Positions 14,201 through 26,642 of a stretch of 64,000 nt of DNA are shown piece after piece. The translations under genes were made by a program, and so were the position numbers. The stretch is from Oculina patagonica (lineage: Eukaryota), in assembly GCF_052425735.1 (NCBI RefSeq), contig NC_135771.1, positions 15,252,001 through 15,316,000 of the forward strand. The letters are read 5' to 3'. The first letter of the stretch is position 1. Each line of letters begins with the position of its first letter. Under the pieces are notes generated by a model. It ran no database searches and had not been told where the DNA came from. It worked only from the letters and a program-made list of their open reading frames with translations.

Positions 14201-17200
14201 TGCTTCAAAAGCCCTCGCTCTACGCTTAGAGAAAATTTTACCAGAGATCATACAGGCTGACCAATATGCTTATGTCAGAGGAAGAACGATCTTTGATGCT
14301 ATCCGCACCATTGAAGATATCATGGAGTACACTAAGATTCAACAGCTGTCTGGTCTAATGGTTGCCTTTGATTTCGAGAAAGCTTTTGACTCACTAAGCT
14401 GGTCCTTCTTATTTAAAGCCTTGCGAGCTTTTAACTTCGGTGAATCGTTTATCCGTTGGGTTTCTGTACTGTACTGTAACATATCGAGCTGTGTTATAAA
14501 CAACGGCTTTTCTTCTCAGCTTTTTGACGTTCGAAGAGGTGTCAGGCAGGGGGATCCGCTGTCGGCATACCTCTTTATCATTGCTCTCGAAGTGTTGCTT
14601 GTTAGAATCAGAAGTGACGTGAGTATAAAAGGTATTGTCGTTGACAAGGAAATCAAACTTGCAGCTTTCGCTGATGATCTGACAACGTTTTTACATGACG
14701 TCAACTCCCTCGAAAATCTTTCCACGACTCTTCATAAATTTGGATTGTGTTCTGGCTTGAAGCTCAACGCGGAGAAAACCGAAGCTTTATGGCTAGGAAC
14801 CAGCCACGATAACGACCAACCCTTTCCTGCTGGTATCGACAAAGTTAATAAACCAATTAAAATTCTTGGCGTTCATTTTACCTACGATTTGAAGAAAAAA
14901 CAAGAGCTCAACTATGATGAAACTCTAAAGTCGCTTTCCGATACCCTAGCAGGATGGAGATGGCGGAACTTGACTTTATATGGCAAAATCCAGGTCGTTA
15001 AGACATTTCTTATACCAAAATTTATGTTTCGCGCATCACTCATGTGCTCCACGAAAAAAATAATCAAAGAGCTTAACTCCATTATCTACAGGTTCATCTG
15101 GAAGGGATGTGACAAAATTAAACGCTTAGCACTAATCAGTGATTATAAGAATGGTGGTCTAAGAATGCCACATGTTAAAACTCTTATCGATACCCAACGC
15201 ATTATCTGTCTTAAAAAATATATTGAGGATTACGACAGCCCATGGAAACACTTTCTTTCGTTCTTTCTCAAGGACTATGGCGGAAAATTTCTCTTATACT
15301 GCAATTTCAATCCTGCTGACCTACCAGACCATATTCCCAGCTTTTACAGAGACTGTCTTGATGTCTGGTCAAAATTAACGACCAAACCTGCCGAGTCCCG
15401 TGGCGAAGTTCTAAACCAAATCCTCTGGAACAATCAATTCGTACGCATCAATGGCAAACCTATTTTTTACAGAAGACTACTCTCAAAGGGGATCACTTTC
15501 ATTTCTGACATTCTGACCAAGAACGGCAAGCTAAAGCCTTGGCCCTCTTTTGCGACAATTGGGCTTACGCTCATTGAATTTTTCTCACTACTTGGTATTT
15601 TTGACTCTCTTCCTTCTCCGTGGAAAGCCCTAATTAACTCGAATGGGACTCCTATTGAATCTTACAGCCCACCTGTATTGCAACATACCCTCTATTTAAA
15701 TGGTAAATGCTTTCCGCTTGATTCGATTAACTCGAAAAAGCTATACTGGGAATTGGTGGAGACGATTCAAGTAGACCCAGCGGCACGACACAAATATACA
15801 ACATTATTTCACAATCACGAGCTAGACTGGGAAACATTTTACTTAATTCCACATGTCGTTACAATTGACACGAATACAAAAATTTTCCAATACAAAATTC
15901 TCAATCGGATACTGTACACCAACAAATCTCTATACAAAATGAAAATAGTCAGCTCTCCTCTTTGTACTTTCTGTCACACGTCTGAGGAATCTCTCGAGCA
16001 TCTTTTTTGTTATTGTAAACATAGCATCGACTTTTGGAAGTCCGTTGTTCTTTGGCTAAAATCCATAGACATAAATATTGACTTTTTAAATGATTACGAT
16101 ATCATTTTCGGCCTAGCTCAAAAGAATCTCAATTGGACCCTTCTAAATCATATTATTATTATTGGTAAACAGGTCATTTACTCTAACCGGCTCAAGAATA
16201 TTCTACCCCTTTTGCCACATGTTATCATAAAAATAAAATACATTGAATCAATTGAGCGATCCATTGCCCTAAAAAATAACAAACTGAAAACTCACGTTGA
16301 AAAGTGGAAGCCAATTATCAACTCTTTGTAATATAATGTATAAGATTATTAAGTTTTTTGGAGATTAGGTGTTTAACATGTACCGTAATTACTTTTGTAA
16401 CGTATAACGTAAGTAATGTAGTATGTTTGTGTAACATAATATAATGTACTGTGTAATGTAATATATGTAGGGTTAAACAAATGTAATGTACTGTAGTGTA
16501 AGTCTTCTAAAGCATTAAAGTATAAAAAAAAAAATAAATAAAAAAAAAAAAAAAAATCTCTGTTTGACTCTTAATAACCCTACGTTTTGATTTTTGATAA
16601 AAATCTTTCAAGAGTTGAGAAATTTGCGATTCTGTGCAACGTGCCCATACATTGCTCTGTAATTAATGATGAAATAAGTAACATTAAATAATTCTACGGC
16701 TTAAATATTACACCTTTCAGTCTAAAATTTGGCATGAAGTATCTCTGTTTGACTCTTTATAACGCTACGTTTTGATTTTTGATAAAAGTATTTCAAGAGT
16801 TGAGAAATTTGCGATTCTGTGATGTTCCTATACATTGCTCTGTAATTATGTAAATCATCTTTGTGATTAAATAATTCATTTCTCGCTCGAATACAGTAAA
16901 AACCCGCGTGTAAGAACCTGCTTTTTTAGAGTTTGGCAAAACAGGTTCTTATATTTTGGGGTACTTACTGGCATTTTTTAGCTTCCCTGTGCAATTCTTG
17001 ATCTCTAAAGACATCCTTTTTGATAAAATACAGTTATTGTATTATAAATAAAATAGTTTAACCCCACATATAAGAACCTTTTGGGGTATTAAGGAAGCAA
17101 ATTTCTGCCAGGAGGTTCTTAATTTCTAGGTTCTTACACGCGGGTTTTTACTGTATTACACCTTTCATTCTAAAATTTGGCATGAAGTATCTTTGTATGA

Positions 17201-20200
17201 CTCTTAATAACCCTACATTTTTGTTTTTGGTGTGGATCTTTCAAGATTCGAGAAATAAGCAATTCTGTGCAACGTGCCCATACATTGCTCTGTAATTGCA
17301 TAAATTTAAATCATTCGCTACGCTTGAATATTATTGCAACATGCAGTGGAGAAATTTGGTGGAAATTATCTCTGTACGACAAACAGAGCGAAAATCAGAA
17401 AATCAGAGCGATTTTTTAGTGTTTTGCTTACTCATAACCGAGTAATTAAACATGTTTTTTTAAGCGCGTCCAAATATAATATCAGTTAAAATATACAAAA
17501 CAAAATATTCTGTACCATACAAAGTTACGATAGCTCAGTTGGTAGAAAACACTTCTACAGAAGTTGTGTATGCCTTGATCGTTGGTTCAAATCCAAATGG
17601 AAGCCATTATTTTTCTTTTTTCTCTTTTTTTTTTAAAGTCAGTATGCCGTTTTATTTAAAAGTTTAAAAGCTGAACAAACGCAACAGTAATTTTTTTATA
17701 TTTCAGTATGCTGAGATCGAACGCCGGCTATTTCAGTGAGACTTCAACCGCTGATGTCAATAGAATTGGAACGCTTGTAGTGTAGAAAAGAAAAACACCA
17801 CCGAGAAATCAAGCTATGCGAGCGAAATGTTCGTTCGTATATCTTTATCTTAATTTTGCTGGGCAAATGTCCCAAGAATGTGCGTCCAGCAAAAATTGTA
17901 CACAATTTGATTCCTTTGCTGACTAGGAAGCTAGGAGCTACGTTGTTTGATATATATAAGTGGTGTAGGGCCACTATCGTGCATGTTTAGAAAGTTAAAG
18001 ACTATCGCACCTTTCAAATAAATATTAGCAAAATTTCATAAAAGTATGAGCGAAATTAAACATTTGAAAAAATAAACACACTTTTAAATTTCAAAGACAT
18101 GTTTCCGACACGCCGTATCCATTATCAATTTGAAGATGTTTCTTTCAAAATTTGACATTTACACGGGCACACGTCTCAAAGAGGATATCCCGCTCCGTAT
18201 TGTCTCCGTGACACTCCCCGAATAAGTAGTACCGCTCTACTTTTCCTCTTTCATGGATGTGGCGTTCATGGTATTTTCTAACTACATGTAAACGGATGAT
18301 CTCGGAGAGTCAATAACAGTGAAATAATGTTAAATGTTATAACTGACCACGAAAATCACAAAAAAATGATTGTCACTATCTTGTTTGTGCGGTTGCCCCT
18401 AGATAAATAAATAAATAAATTAAGAGTATAAGCTGCAATACCTTTAACAAGCCTTGAACAAACAAGTCAGAATCATACAAGTCACTGTCATTTGACAATG
18501 TCTCTACTGCAAATCGCGAACGCTTTCGCTCCTCGGAAGGCAACAGTAGTGCCAAGGTATTAACCATCTACAATCAAAAGACAAAAATTAAACCCCTCTT
18601 TATAAGATAACAAAATTCATCAACGAAGAACGATTTATTCCTTATTCATTAAATAAAAAACTACAGACTGCATTCTAGACCAGTATACTGTCCCAGCACT
18701 GATAACCAGACTGCACATTGGACAGCAGTCTGCTTTTTTCTCCTGAGAGCACTTTCTTTCAAATGCTTTAAATATTGGAACTGCCAACATAAACAGGGCC
18801 ACACAAAAGTACAGTTGAACATACTCTACTGGACACCACTCATATTAAGTGGACACTGAACTGCTGTCCTGGTGATTTCTCCTCTTAATCACTACATTCC
18901 TCCCCTAAGCAGACAATGACACCTATTCACAGTCCGTAAGGGGATAAAATAACCTCTTGTAGGCTGACAGTAAAGGAGATCAAGGCAAAAATACTACCAA
19001 AGCAGTCTGGATCGATTGTACATGACTTAAACAAAAAGGCAAATCTTGTGTGACTCTAAAAAGTAAGTAAGTCCGGTATGTCCCCATAACCAAACACTTG
19101 CGCTTGGTCCTGAGGGTGTCTGCTTCCAGAGGTTCAACTGTACTACTTTAGCGCTTTCATTTTTACTTAAATGTTAGATGGTTTCACCTCTCAATTGCAT
19201 GGTATAATAAACAATACCAGATAATATGTCTGCGCAATGGCTTTTATTTGAACGATCATACTCTATAGTTTCATCTAAAAATCAACTTGTAGGGCATACA
19301 TGCGTACTGCTTTGGTACATGGCTTTCATTTAATATATCATCACATATTTAGCAATTTGTTGGCATTCTAGTTAAGAGTTTACCAAGTTAACTTTATCCA
19401 ATGCTTTTCCTATGATAAGGGTACTTCCAAATGTCTGCAAATGAGATGTAATGACTCTACCAAAACAAAATAAAGAAAAACAACATCCTTGTTGTCAGTC
19501 CATGTAACTGCTAAGGTTACTGTAGAAGTTCAAGGAATGCTTTTTTCAAAACAAAAAAATTAAAGCCAAAGGAATGGTTACCAAATATGGAATAGATGTT
19601 TTCAAAAGATTGCATCATTGAGAAAAGGATAATGTCAGAAAAAAAAATCAGATGTTGAAATTTCCAGAAGTGTATTGTTTCATTTTCTGGAAGTGTGTTC
19701 ATTCTAGATCTAGGCTATGCCGAAGATCAAACAGCACAGATTTCAAAGTCTTACAGCGCACTGGCCTGATTTATATGACATGGGCATGATTTATATGACA
19801 TTGAAATTTAAGGTAAGAATAATAAAGACTTGGGGTAGACTTCACGGAATGCACCCTAGCCTGTTTCAGGCACTCCCTAATTAAGAGCCGAACGCCTGTA
19901 ACAGGCTAAATGCACCCTGGTTTTGGTAGTAGTCCGAGTAATTTGAATCATTTAATTTTGATTATTATTAAAATCTTTTGTCAATAAATAATTAACAGGT
20001 TTCCAACAGCAACAATTAATTATCATCACCTTGACTCTATAAAGAACACCACAACGAATTTAATTTATTAAGTTCAGGTATAAATGTAGTGGTGATTGTT
20101 TAAAATGTAATTGTAAAAATTTAACTTTGATATAATAAAGGTCAAGTGTTGCTGATATGGACCAACCTGGGACTGGGTCCTGTTGTTCTCATCCTATTTG

Positions 20201-23200
20201 AATACACTTCCAGAAATTTCAACATCCGATTTTTTTCTGACCTGCAACCTGCAGTTTACACCCTCCGATGTCTTAGTACCATCAACATAGTATAAGTCAG
20301 TGAAATGAAGGGTTACTAGCTTATCTGCATTTTCCAATTATTTTAGAAATTTGAAAAGCAGGTGATTTATCCACTAAATGATGTGGGGGAGGGGAGTGCA
20401 TTGCTCTCTTGTTCCATAAGAAAGATTACTCATCATGGCTTTATTTCTGATCTTCAAAACTATCTTACATGCATTTCAAAATATTCTTTAACCTGCTTTT
20501 AAACTACATGGTTTAATACACTATTGCTACAGGCTGTAGTAAGCATCCTGGGGGTTATCAAAAGTACATAAAAACACAAAGAGTGACGATTAGAAAATGT
20601 CATGAATAGCATATTTGGTGCAAAGCAAACTGGAAAATAAATCAGGCTGAATACCTTCTTAGGAAGCGGTCATCGAAGATGTCTGCTTGTCCTGGGCCAA
20701 AGGCAGTCTCACTTAACTAAATCAGAAACATAGTTACACGATATGTAATGCAATCAGGGCAAGTAACATGTACATGTGATAGTGGTGGTAATTAATAAAT
20801 TGGACTGCCATCAATTCAATTAGACTGCTTTTGAAAGGCAAAATTGCAATTTTGATTTTTTTTTGGTTTCTATCCTTGATAAAACAATAACGTAGATTAC
20901 TCACCCTGTAATCTATCAACAACAGTCAACTTGGCTGCAACTTCACTTGTCAACTCTTCACTCACAGAACACTCTGGCTTGTACCCAAATTGATTTTAAT
21001 ACATATAATTATATATACTCACGGGAATAGACTCAGGGACGCCTGTTGTCTTAAGGCTTGTAATGGTCTGAATAAAGCGAGGTAGATTCACACTGAATGC
21101 TGACATGGCAGATGATAAATCCTGTGTGGCATTAAAGGTCAAAACAGAATTTAGTTATTACAAGTATCAGTTACAGTAAATACATCAAATACTATCAGGT
21201 AGTACTAGTTCACTTCATACAGATGTACAAAAAAAAGACTTGGCCAGGGAATGAGAGGAAATGGCACTAATATGCATGGCCTTTCAACACCACTGTCACT
21301 CAAATTTAACCAACTTAATTATAAGTACCTTGGCTTGCAGGACTCTCAGCTTTGCAATAAGAATCTTTACTCGTTCTTCCACAAGTTCTATAAATGGTAA
21401 GTAGCTCTTGTATTCAGAGAATGGAACGATGAGGGAAAGGCCAGAAATGTTAGCACCTGACTTGTCACAGCCAGAAAAAATAAATGAATGACACACAATG
21501 TTATGATCTTTCAGCACAAATAGTTTTGTGTCCACCATGTTTTCAGGGGCATCTCGCAACAGCTCTCCATGTAGAGTTCGACCCACCACATATTTGACAC
21601 TTGATTCCTGTCAAGGAAATAACAGTTATTTAAGTATTAAAAAAGCCTGACCAATGTTACTGTGTGCGATAATCTCGGGTAAACATCTCTTAACTCTACT
21701 TAAATGAATCCTCCACTTTTAAATAATTAAAGTGATAGGCAAATAATCTAAAATAAAAAGTTGTTCAAAACAAGTTACAACTATTTCAGTGTTAACTTAC
21801 CAGTAAATACTGGCTGCAAATATCTGCCACTATAGCCTTTGAATTACCTGCTTGCTGTCATTTTGGATTTGATGATGTCACATGGTTGCCCTTTTGTTGC
21901 AGAACAATAAAGCTACCGTGTTCCAATAATAGTGGCAACCATGTGACATCATATGTTCCAAAATGGTAACTTAATTTGTATATATAGATTAATTTGTATA
22001 TATAGATTTCTATTTATTCATATCATAATCACAATTTTGTACATATACACTTTTTACCTTTTAACCGTCTTTTATTTGTAATTTTTAGACCTTTTTTATT
22101 TCACGAGAGCGTTTTAACGAGCTACGGCTCCTGAGCTCTTCGTGGTTAAATAAACTATGTCTATGTCTATGTCTATGTAATTGGACAACATGTCCAATTT
22201 GAAAATAGTTCCGCCATTGTTGACTGAAAATGTGACAAAGTCTACAGAGCTGATGCTATGTGTAGAGCTGTTATCACTAGCAATTTGAAAAATGAAAGTT
22301 TCATTTAGGGGTTTAATAAGAAGCACTTACTACAATACAATAATGTGAGAGGTTGACAGTGGCCTTAGGACTACTGCACTGGACTCCTGATTGGGTGGTC
22401 CAGGTTCGAGCCCCGTTGGCACCGGGGGGTGGGGGGGGGGGGGGGTGTTGTGTCCTTGGGCAGATAAAATCATGGAAAACCTGACTGAGTTTTGAATTGC
22501 ATGATCAACGGGGGGGGGGGGGTTGTTGTGTCCTTGGGCCAGACACTACTCTCACAGTGTAGAAATACTCCCAGTCGCTGCATGCTAAAGAAACTGGAAT
22601 AAGCTCCAGCCTGACCTCTTTGCTTGAACCCGGACTTTACCTACCTACCGATACAATAATTATTTTAAGTCCTTATTACCCCCCTCCCCCCTTTCCCCTT
22701 TTTGGGGGGCTCTGGTAAAGCTGCTGGGAACGTTGAAGGGGTAAGGGAAAATGAACTCAGCCTTTTCTATAGAGGTACCCATAAGGTGTGTTCTGCAATT
22801 GATTATGTACATACACAAATACACAAAAAATTGCACACAAATTTGCCACGATCTCACAGTGGGTTGGTATGATTGGGTTTGTTCCACTTTTCCCATGAAT
22901 TTCCTAGCCGCCTGGTTTGGATGCATCATAGAGAATAGTTAGAAGAGCCTGAGGGGACTAACTCTCCTCTACTAACTATATGCATAGAGTAATATAATGC
23001 ATCATTGTATTGAAGTTATGTATCGGTTATTTGCCTATATATAAACGAACCTGAGATTCTGTGTCTCCAGCTCCTCTCCACACATGTTGCAGTCTCGGTC
23101 CTAATACGTTATCCCAATAGGATAACACTATGGCAACAAAAGGCCCGCTTTCTTTAAGGACTGACATGTGATTTGCCTTGAGATTCGAAAACCGGAAGCC

Positions 23201-23275
23201 ATCATCGGCAGGAGTTGTCCAGAAACTCGAACTATTCTCCTCCAAAGATTCCTTTACTTCGGCCATACTAGTCAT
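8216..23275 (-). CDS. C9orf72: C9orf72 orthologue (DENN-like protein, partner of SMCR8/WDR41), about 474 aa
   Basis: Ten minus-strand GT-AG exons join in frame: 23275-23051, 21607-21329, 21121-21023, 20716-20655, 19456-19384, 18567-18442, 10679-10480, 9404-9347, 8916-8807, 8408-8216 (TGA); total 1425 nt. Motifs SYWDNVLGPRLQHVW, TLHGELLR..VDTKLFVL, VITSHLQTFGS, DLFVQGLLK, STLVDMDTGEVKQ, FLRLLDRKALALIKY and AEKLHPG match C9orf72. The start may be ATG 23275 or 23266. Confidence 0.95.
10020..10190 (+). repeat. Interspersed repeat family member
   Basis: A diverged copy lies in the opposite orientation at about 40280-40470 (tttgcttcgagttttgattgg..cactggattgtc vs gacaatccagtgaaacaatcaaaactcgaagcaaa). 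Class not determined. Confidence 0.65.
10857..13349. mobile_element. Non-autonomous Helitron/Helentron-like element, unit 1, with internal ~181-bp tandem repeats
   Basis: 13-bp inverted repeat cacaaacaagata (10857-10869) / tatcttgtttgtg (13324-13336). Terminus ...gcccCTAG. Four repeats marked by 'ctacggctcgaatatt' at 10911, 11092, 11273 and 11456. No ORF. Class assignment is inferred from structure. Confidence 0.6.
13660..16555 (+). mobile_element. 5'-truncated non-LTR retrotransposon, L1 superfamily (Tx1-like)
   Basis: Begins inside ORF2 at WYENGEKNSKYFLNLEK. 3' UTR contains (tgtaa)-type repeats. Poly(A) tail at about 16523-16556. Target duplication atctctgt at 13652-13659 and 16556-16563. 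Confidence 0.93.
13701..16331 (+). CDS. LINE ORF2 remnant: reverse transcriptase plus C-terminal zinc knuckle; ORF1 and endonuclease absent
   Basis: Uninterrupted 876 codons with KTPGNDGL, NWRPISLLNVD, DFEKAFDS, GVRQGDPLS, FADD and CTFCHTSEESLEHLFCYC. No authentic start codon. Confidence 0.93.
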   Translation: MNLEKTRCGKTAVRRLYDSTGKITVNPKSIINELRDFYLNLYSNNDSEEGEEFAFDFLENPNIPTLNDNSSMSCEGLLTRAECFEALNKFPNGKTPGNDGLTAEFYKTFWYLLGQQLTDSLNYSFEHGELSTSQKQAIIKLIDKKDRDRRYIKNWRPISLLNVDMKIASKALALRLEKILPEIIQADQYAYVRGRTIFDAIRTIEDIMEYTKIQQLSGLMVAFDFEKAFDSLSWSFLFKALRAFNFGESFIRWVSVLYCNISSCVINNGFSSQLFDVRRGVRQGDPLSAYLFIIALEVLLVRIRSDVSIKGIVVDKEIKLAAFADDLTTFLHDVNSLENLSTTLHKFGLCSGLKLNAEKTEALWLGTSHDNDQPFPAGIDKVNKPIKILGVHFTYDLKKKQELNYDETLKSLSDTLAGWRWRNLTLYGKIQVVKTFLIPKFMFRASLMCSTKKIIKELNSIIYRFIWKGCDKIKRLALISDYKNGGLRMPHVKTLIDTQRIICLKKYIEDYDSPWKHFLSFFLKDYGGKFLLYCNFNPADLPDHIPSFYRDCLDVWSKLTTKPAESRGEVLNQILWNNQFVRINGKPIFYRRLLSKGITFISDILTKNGKLKPWPSFATIGLTLIEFFSLLGIFDSLPSPWKALINSNGTPIESYSPPVLQHTLYLNGKCFPLDSINSKKLYWELVETIQVDPAARHKYTTLFHNHELDWETFYLIPHVVTIDTNTKIFQYKILNRILYTNKSLYKMKIVSSPLCTFCHTSEESLEHLFCYCKHSIDFWKSVVLWLKSIDINIDFLNDYDIIFGLAQKNLNWTLLNHIIIIGKQVIYSNRLKNILPLLPHVIIKIKYIESIERSIALKNNKLKTHVEKWKPIINSL
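16894..17153. mobile_element. MITE with TA TSD inserted in a ~181-bp repeat unit
   Basis: Perfect TIR cagtaaaaacccgcgtgtaagaacct / aggttcttacacgcgggtttttactg. It splits the repeat motif gctcgaa-TA-ttacacc with TA duplicated. Confidence 0.92.
18812..19140. mobile_element. Degenerate TA-flanked MITE
   Basis: TA-cagttgaac ... gttcaactg-TA with degenerate 'ggacac' subterminal repeats like those in 1231-1826. Confidence 0.65.
22360..22650 (+). mobile_element. Degenerate tRNA-derived SINE in C9orf72 intron 1
   Basis: B-box ggttcgagccc at about 22403, core-like 'gttgtgtccttgggc' present twice, and an (acct)n tail at about 22638-22650. Confidence 0.55.
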
Positions 23276-23381
23276 AATGTAAAAAAAAAAACAGGACACA
23301 GTCAAGCTAGGTGGCCTTAATCATGTGCTAGCTTGGAACGGTAAACTCCTGGAAACAGCAAAAACGCTTTGCACAGACAAA

Positions 23382-23393
23382 CGCCGCCATCTT
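23382..23393 (-). promoter_or_regulatory. YY1-like element (AAGATGGCGGCG) upstream of the C9orf72 start
   Basis: cgccgccatctt on +, about 110 bp upstream of the CDS. Motif match only. Confidence 0.35.
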
Positions 23394-26300
23394 CTTCCAA
23401 ACAGTTGGTACCAGGACTCTTGGACACGAGCCCGACAGCGGTATGAGCGAAAACCTGCGAAAACAATCATTTTAGCCCCTGATCAAACACAATGGCAGCC
23501 TTCAATGAAAGAGCAAAACTCATGACCTCCTATCTTCTCAGTTATTACAGTTTCATGGCGAAGAAGGGAAAGAGAAGCTAGAAGGATAGAGCACGGGCGA
23601 TCCAAGCGATCGTGATCGCCTCAATCGCCGCAGACGTTAGCGATCGTCTGTGTAATGTTCTCAAATAATCGCCCCGTTCGCGATCAGGGCGAATACCGTA
23701 TATGAGAACCAGCCTTAATTAAAGGAACTTGAAAAACGATAAAATAGCAACTGTTCCTTACGGTAGAGGCGTAGAGGAAAGATCGAGGTAAAATGGAGGC
23801 AACTAACTAATTTTCGTGCGAAAAAAACATTGCGCGAAATTTAAACGCGCGAAAATTAATACCATATTTATATCAAAACAGTAAAATTTTTAAACGTTTG
23901 GAACTGCAACTATCTACCCTTGAAAATATCTTTCCGTCTTGTTTTCGACTAGCAACCTTCTCTGATAACTGTTTACTTAAGCTTATAAATCGGCCAAAGT
24001 GCAGTCACCAGAGTTTCCGTTTGCAGCCAGACCTTTACAGTATTTCCTCAGTCTTTGACGACTGATCCATAAAAAAACACTGGCAAAATCTCAAATTTAA
24101 TACGCTTTTGCTCTAATTTTCCTTGCAATAGCGTAAATTAATACTCGGCTCTCGAATTTTCGCGAAATTAAGTACGCGTGAAAATTAGTAAGAATAAGGA
24201 AGCTTACTATTGAGACAAAAAACTAAAAATACCAATTTTATTTCAACCAAACAAGTAAGCGGTTTCAAAGCCACCTTAAAGTTTGGGTCTAGAAATTTTT
24301 AAACTTTACAAAACGTCGTATTTTAACATGTTGATCGTTACTCAATAATAAAAAATGGGGGGCACTGAGTTTGTGAGTTAAAATAAAAACATAAAGCAAA
24401 ACAGATTATACTGTTGCTATGATAGCCAGTGATGGTCAGTGATGTCAAGAAATTTACTACAATTTGTTTTCCAATGATTGGGCATTTGGAAAGTGCTGGA
24501 AACGTACGTTGTCAGCCTAAGAAGAAAGCAAGCTTTAAAGACGCCGGGGGGGGGGGGGGTGGACTATTGTCCTTGGGATCCTACAGCAGTATCAATCCTT
24601 TCAGTTTATTTTCAGATATGACAACACTGCGTAGAATTTGTCTAAAAGTTATTTTTTTAACTTGAGAGTTATTAAACCGTCAAAATTTGTTCTATCAAGA
24701 ACTTAGATACTTGTTTAATGAAGAGCGCTATCTATCAGAAAAGAAGGAAAATGATCAACCCGTTAAATAAGTCAATTGACAACTTCCGATCACAAGAAAA
24801 TGGTCTGTGTAAACTGGAGCATGTTTTTTTTTCATCAATATAAACTTGAACGCTTTCTTTACCAGTGAATGTTTCAAAAGAGGAAAGCTGTGAAAACACT
24901 CACGGAGACTCCACAGCTGTTTCAACTTCACAAACTTTCATAAGCGTTTCCAGACTGAATGTACTGCAATCAAGCAAAGAGTTTGTTTAACGATTTTTTA
25001 TTAAATAAAAGCCTGGAATAAATTTCAGTCTCCATGGAGTTAGCAGGCTAAGGAATGGTTTTCGACCACTCACAGACCATGTATCCTTCATTCCTTTTTA
25101 TCCCATAATTCATGTCAGTGATAAAATCATAATTCTAGCAAGACTATTTAAAATGTAACTTTAGCAGACATCTCTTTAAAGGTTCATCTGTTATAATACC
25201 AAGTTTCGCTCTCAAGATTTGTTTCTTTTGATTCATTTTCAGGTAACAATATTACATAATTTTTTTCTTGATAAGACCTCTTAATTTCACATAACAAAAG
25301 CGCTGTCATTTGAACGGTCATGCTTTCTTTGTTCTGTAAAGAATTCAATAACGAATTTAATAAAGAAAATTTTCAACTGCAAGAGTAGTTTCCTAGATAT
25401 TAACTCACTGTGAATCTACTTTGGCTCTTCATTTCGTCGTAATAGCAATATTTTGTTTCCAATCGTTTACTTCAGTTTGACTTTTCAAATGCGGTACTGG
25501 TTGCTCGCTTTTATCCTTTTTTCTCGTCTGTGATAAATGATTTAATTTTTCCTGTTGACTCTATTTTCTAAATTAAATAAAACAACTGTTAACTTTCCAT
25601 AACAAAACCAAGGCACACACTTGCTGTTTGCTAGTGCCTGTTATTTGACTAATTTTCACCTGTCTGTCAACAAGTAATTAAGTAGGACACTTAACAAGAG
25701 AAAGCCACCTATCAATCCAGTTCTTTCTAGAGTTAGGCTTGCGGTAAGCAAGATTTAACTTACAGCAGAAAATAACTATTAAGGGTCAAACGTGTATGGA
25801 AAAGCTCCCTCTGCAGTAAGTCACTTTCTATGTAATAGTATTTTATATTATTTATTATTTTATTGGAGTACAGTTATCCTAGATACCATGTACGCACCAA
25901 CCACAAATGACAAGATGTATCTCAGTACGAAGTAACTTTGCATTTTTCCGACAGAGTAAAAAAGTAGATCAAAACTTTTCCTGTTTCGAATGATGGCTTT
26001 CTGGTGGGAACATCTTTCAACTCCTGCAAATAGGGGTTATGTGATATTTGTCTTAACTTGAATATATCAATTTTATCTCCATCCTGGTATCGATTTTTTC
26101 CTTCCGGACGGTTACAAGTCGGTTACGTAAGGTGGCTACTAAAAAGTTAAAATTATCGAGGATAAAAAAAGGAACTTTCAATACGTTAGTGATAACGTAA
26201 TTATAATCAATTTCGTTTTGGCTCTATAGCATAAGGCAAGTATTTCACCGAAAACATAGACTGGTTACTTCGATTCGAAATTCTAGCCAATTTACGTTCC

Positions 26301-26642
26301 CTTAAAAAAACACTCTTCCCTTTCACTATATCTTTGCCTTCTTTAAAATGTGATAATTTAAGCCTGTGCAATGGTATTGAAATATATATATGTAAAAAAT
26401 GAGCTGCGGTCGGAACACGAAATGAAAGATATGATCTTCGCAATGCGTAAGTAATTTCAACTTTGTTTCTTAGCCTGGAAAAATGTGAAGGTTGCAACGG
26501 GATTCAAACTCAGTGACCTTATAATTTCCGAGGCGTTGCTTTACCATGAATGAGTGCAATGAAGCCTTGACATGCTCGGAGCAGGTCACACTGTTAATCA
26601 TTAATTTCAAGCCTTAAATTATAATATTTGTTTGTAGTAGGT

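Larger units (their letters stand above)
13351..18402. mobile_element. Second head-to-tail unit of the same element, interrupted by a LINE and a MITE
   Basis: Colinear with unit 1: repeats, tRNA-like block at about 17527-17600, and the identical end cactatcttgtttgtgcggttgcccctag at 18374-18402. Confidence 0.7.

Noticed and set aside
22424-22522. Analogue of the human C9orf72 GGGGCC intron repeat
   Set aside because: These are plain G-runs inside a degenerate SINE, on the antisense strand, with no hexamer periodicity.
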